This document shows positions 61,270-64,000 of a stretch of 64,000 bases of DNA, piece after piece (position 1 is the stretch's first letter; every line of letters starts with the position of its first letter). Location: contig NW_005434659.1 in the NCBI RefSeq assembly GCF_000315625.1, forward strand, positions 590,181 through 654,180, in the 5' to 3' direction. Under the pieces are notes generated by a model. It had not been told where the DNA came from, searched no databases, and was given only the letters and a program-made list of their open reading frames with translations. Source of the stretch: Guillardia theta CCMP2712 (lineage: Eukaryota; Protista; Cryptophyta). A program made the position numbers and the translations under genes.

Positions 61270-63030
61270 TTCAGTCTGGACTGCTCTCTTCCACCGGTAT
61301 GTCGTCATACTGCAGTACACAGTCATTCCATGGAGGGACTTGTAAGGGGAGGAGGAGGAAGCAAAAAGATGAGGAGGGGGAAGATGGCGATAAGGGAGTG
61401 AGACCGTGATGTCGTAGACTGGTTCTTCTCCCCTTGTCGCCAGGAATGATTCCATTTGTTGTAACATCTTGTCGACGATCTGAAAACCAGAATTGAGAAG
61501 CATATCACAACAGACGCCTCCCTCCCTCCCTCTCCTTCCTCCCTCCCTCCTCGTTTCCTTTTTTGCTTTCCCTCCCACATCTTCCTTGAGCCAAAATACC
61601 GTCTTTGCCAGCACTATGAGCTTGATCCACTGGTGGAATTAGTCAAGTCAGACGCAACGGCAAGGAGAGCGGGGGACCACATGGACAGCAAGAGCAGCGG
61701 AATGGTGGCAGCAGGGAGGGGCGGAGGGAAGGCCCGGGAAGGTGACAGCGACTTACTCTTGGCTGGGTCTTAGGGTTGTTGAGAACCTCTTCGTAGAGAT
61801 CTCGCCTGTCGTTGAGGTACTCTTGGAAAGCTTCATGTCTGCGGTTCCTCATCACCATCGCACCGGATGACTGGGACTACCCACTGGTCCAGCAGCTCGG
61901 TCGGGACACTAGGATGCAAGCCCAGCTGATCGCCGTCGGTCTAGAAAGTCTCAGTTTCTCTCTTCCTCTCCTCTCTTGCTCCTCCTCTCCTCTATCCCAG
62001 CTCCTTGCCTCTCTCGCAGCCACTCGTGTGTCTGTGTGTTTTCCCTTTCTCACCTTGTAGACTCCGTTCTTGTAGTATCCATAGAAGCCAGGGTTGACTT
62101 TGAACCTCTCCTCCCGCTTCTGCAGGTCGAGCGTCATGAACATGAGGTACGAGGGGAGTCGCTTCCTTCAGTGCCACGTCATCGATGCCCTCGGCGATCA
62201 ACATCTGAACCTCCACCGGCTCGCCTCGGCTCCCCACCATAGTCACGCAGGGACTCAAAGGGGGCTGCATCGCTTTGAACTGCCTGGCAAACGGACTTAA
62301 ATGGACAAGCTGCATTGAACTCCTCCTCTTCCTTCCTCCCCCCCCTGCCTCTCCTCCTGCTCTTTGCCTCACTTCCAATCTGTCACTTCCTCATGTTCAA
62401 ACCACTCATGCTCTGGGATGACTGGATCCTTGCGATCAATCGGCTTTCCCCAGGAATCGCAGCATTTGGTTGGGCCTCCACTTGGAGCTCCTCCAAACGC
62501 CTTGAAGGGATCGACTTTGAGCCCTATGGAAACAGTTAGTGGGATTGAATTTGAAGTAGGCGGAACTGATCATGGTAGTGTCGAAGAATGAAGTCAATTT
62601 AAGGTTAAAGGCGAATTTAGGAAGAAAGACATATGGGAGCACAGGAGTGAGATAGAGATGGTGGAGGTGGGGATTGGGGAGGCGAGCGAGGAAATTAAGA
62701 GGGAGAGGAGGGAAGAGATTTCTGGGAGGGAGGAGAATACCTCTCGCTTCTCGCTCCTCAAAGTCCTTCCTGAACTCAGGAGGCACCTCAGGACGCCATG
62801 GGCATCTCAGATTGTCATCATCTTCATACTCCAACTCGCCCTGGTGAGCCCACACGTCTTCGATGGTTCGATCGGACTCTGACTCTGTCGTCCTGTTTGG
62901 GTGCAGCGGGCGAATCAAGTCTCTCTCTATCGGGCCATCCATGTCTGCAGCAGACAAGTCACACCTAGCAAGGCACACGCTGATGCTGGACAACAGCACG
63001 TGAGGCCAGGAGGGTGGAGTTGATGGTCAA
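61270..63030 (-). CDS. Hypothetical multi-exon protein
   Basis: Chain of coding-like exons with splice signals (EDDDNLRCPWRPEVPPEF; FMTLDLQKREERFKVNPGFYGYYKNG; HEAFQEYLNDRRDLYEEVL). Confidence 0.5.
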
Positions 63031-63149
63031 AGTTGTCAATGCAGGGCAGGAATGGACCGGGAGAATGGGGTATGGGGGGGAGCTGCTGAGTTGACCTATG
63101 AGGCAGATGACGGCTCGAGACATGTTGGGGACGAGGACATCGGGGAAGT

Positions 63150-64000
63150 CTGGCCCAGCTATGGTGAAATTGCTTCCTGACCTCTCAGGGTGCGAGAAAT
63201 TTGACCAGAGAACTTGTTCATCTTCGAACCTGACACGTCTATCAGCACGATGACGAGAAAGAGAATGCCAACATGTTAGGGACCCAGGGATCAGAAAGAT
63301 GGCGAAGAATGCAAGGCAAGGCAGGGATCGGACACGCAGCAGGTGAAGAACAGGCGAGCAAACAAGTGATGGGGGGAGATTACATGTTCACATCCTCGTC
63401 ATCTCGCACTGTCCGCGCTGCAAGTATCAGACGACCGTCTGCAGCACACTCCTCCTGCACAGCAGAAATTCAGAGCGAGCGAGCGAGCGAGAGAGAGAGA
63501 GATGCTTTGTCCTACCCCTTCTGTCGGATCGATCACCCATGCGGACCCGAGGCGATATAGAGAGACAGTGAGCGGGCAGTTGATGGAGTCGAGTCGCCAG
63601 TAGCTGTACCATCGCGTCATGGGGGGTTTAGAAAACCTCACACGTCTCACGTTGATCGATCATCATCCATCTCCACAGAGATTCGGTCTTCTGGTCCATC
63701 CTGTTTGAAGACTGCTTCCAGTATCACACCCTCCCTCCCTGCTCCCCCCCTGCCCTCTTCCCTCCCTGGCTCCCTCCCTCCCTCTCCTCCTATCTCTCTT
63801 CCCATCTCCTCTCTCACTCATTCTCGGAAACCATGTGGACCGCAGCGCTGCTCGGACCGCCATGACACTTGCATCAAGAAGATTCCCATCTGCCTCCAGC
63901 AGGTGAACTTTGACATGCAGCAACCAGCTGAAAGGAGGTCAGGTCAAGTCGAGGAAGAGGACAAACACTTGCTTCAGCTTCCCCGGAATGATACATAGTC
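63150..64000 (-). CDS. Exosome RNase PH-like subunit (Rrp42/Rrp43/Rrp45 type), 5' part outside window
   Basis: CIIPGK..WLLHVKVHLLEADGNLLDASVMAVRAALRSTWFP; PLTVSLYRLG..WVIDPT..EE. Confidence 0.85.

Noticed and set aside
1-64000. rRNA/tRNA genes, LTR/RT or DDE transposase ORFs
   Set aside because: No recognisable signatures found by eye; tRNAscan, Infernal and RepeatMasker were not run.

Overview
Gene-dense eukaryotic nuclear DNA with many short (~40-60 nt) GT-AG introns, bipartite plastid-type leaders and microsatellite-filled introns. It is most consistent with a cryptophyte alga such as Guillardia theta (inference from style, not from a search). About 22 protein genes are supported or suspected. 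They include a Myb/SANT-C2H2-PHD-WHIM chromatin protein, PDI, a plastid DUF1995 protein, an hSac2/TPRG1-like protein, a TLC-domain protein, a 53BP1-like tandem-BRCT protein, an EsV-1-7 repeat protein, a PB1 protein, eIF5A, a RING-H2 ligase, a TKL kinase, a CAMKK/GRIK kinase, a TPR-GT4-GT4 glycosyltransferase, a plastid YrdC/YciO, a PDZ protein and a partial exosome subunit. The most striking items are: (1) a 15-kb head-to-head pair of giant, long-exon genes, one a secreted EGF/CUB/filamin/L-lectin/GCC-repeat protein and the other a STRA6-like membrane protein with a ~1,500-aa ectodomain; (2) a decayed Fanzor1/TnpB-like remnant at an assembly gap; (3) several cytosolic/nuclear-type proteins carrying signal-peptide leaders, which are candidates for periplastid/nucleomorph import; (4) minisatellites built from splice-signal-like units; and (5) recurrent promoter motifs. 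No rRNA, tRNA or CRISPR array was seen. All exon structures were read by eye and are approximate.
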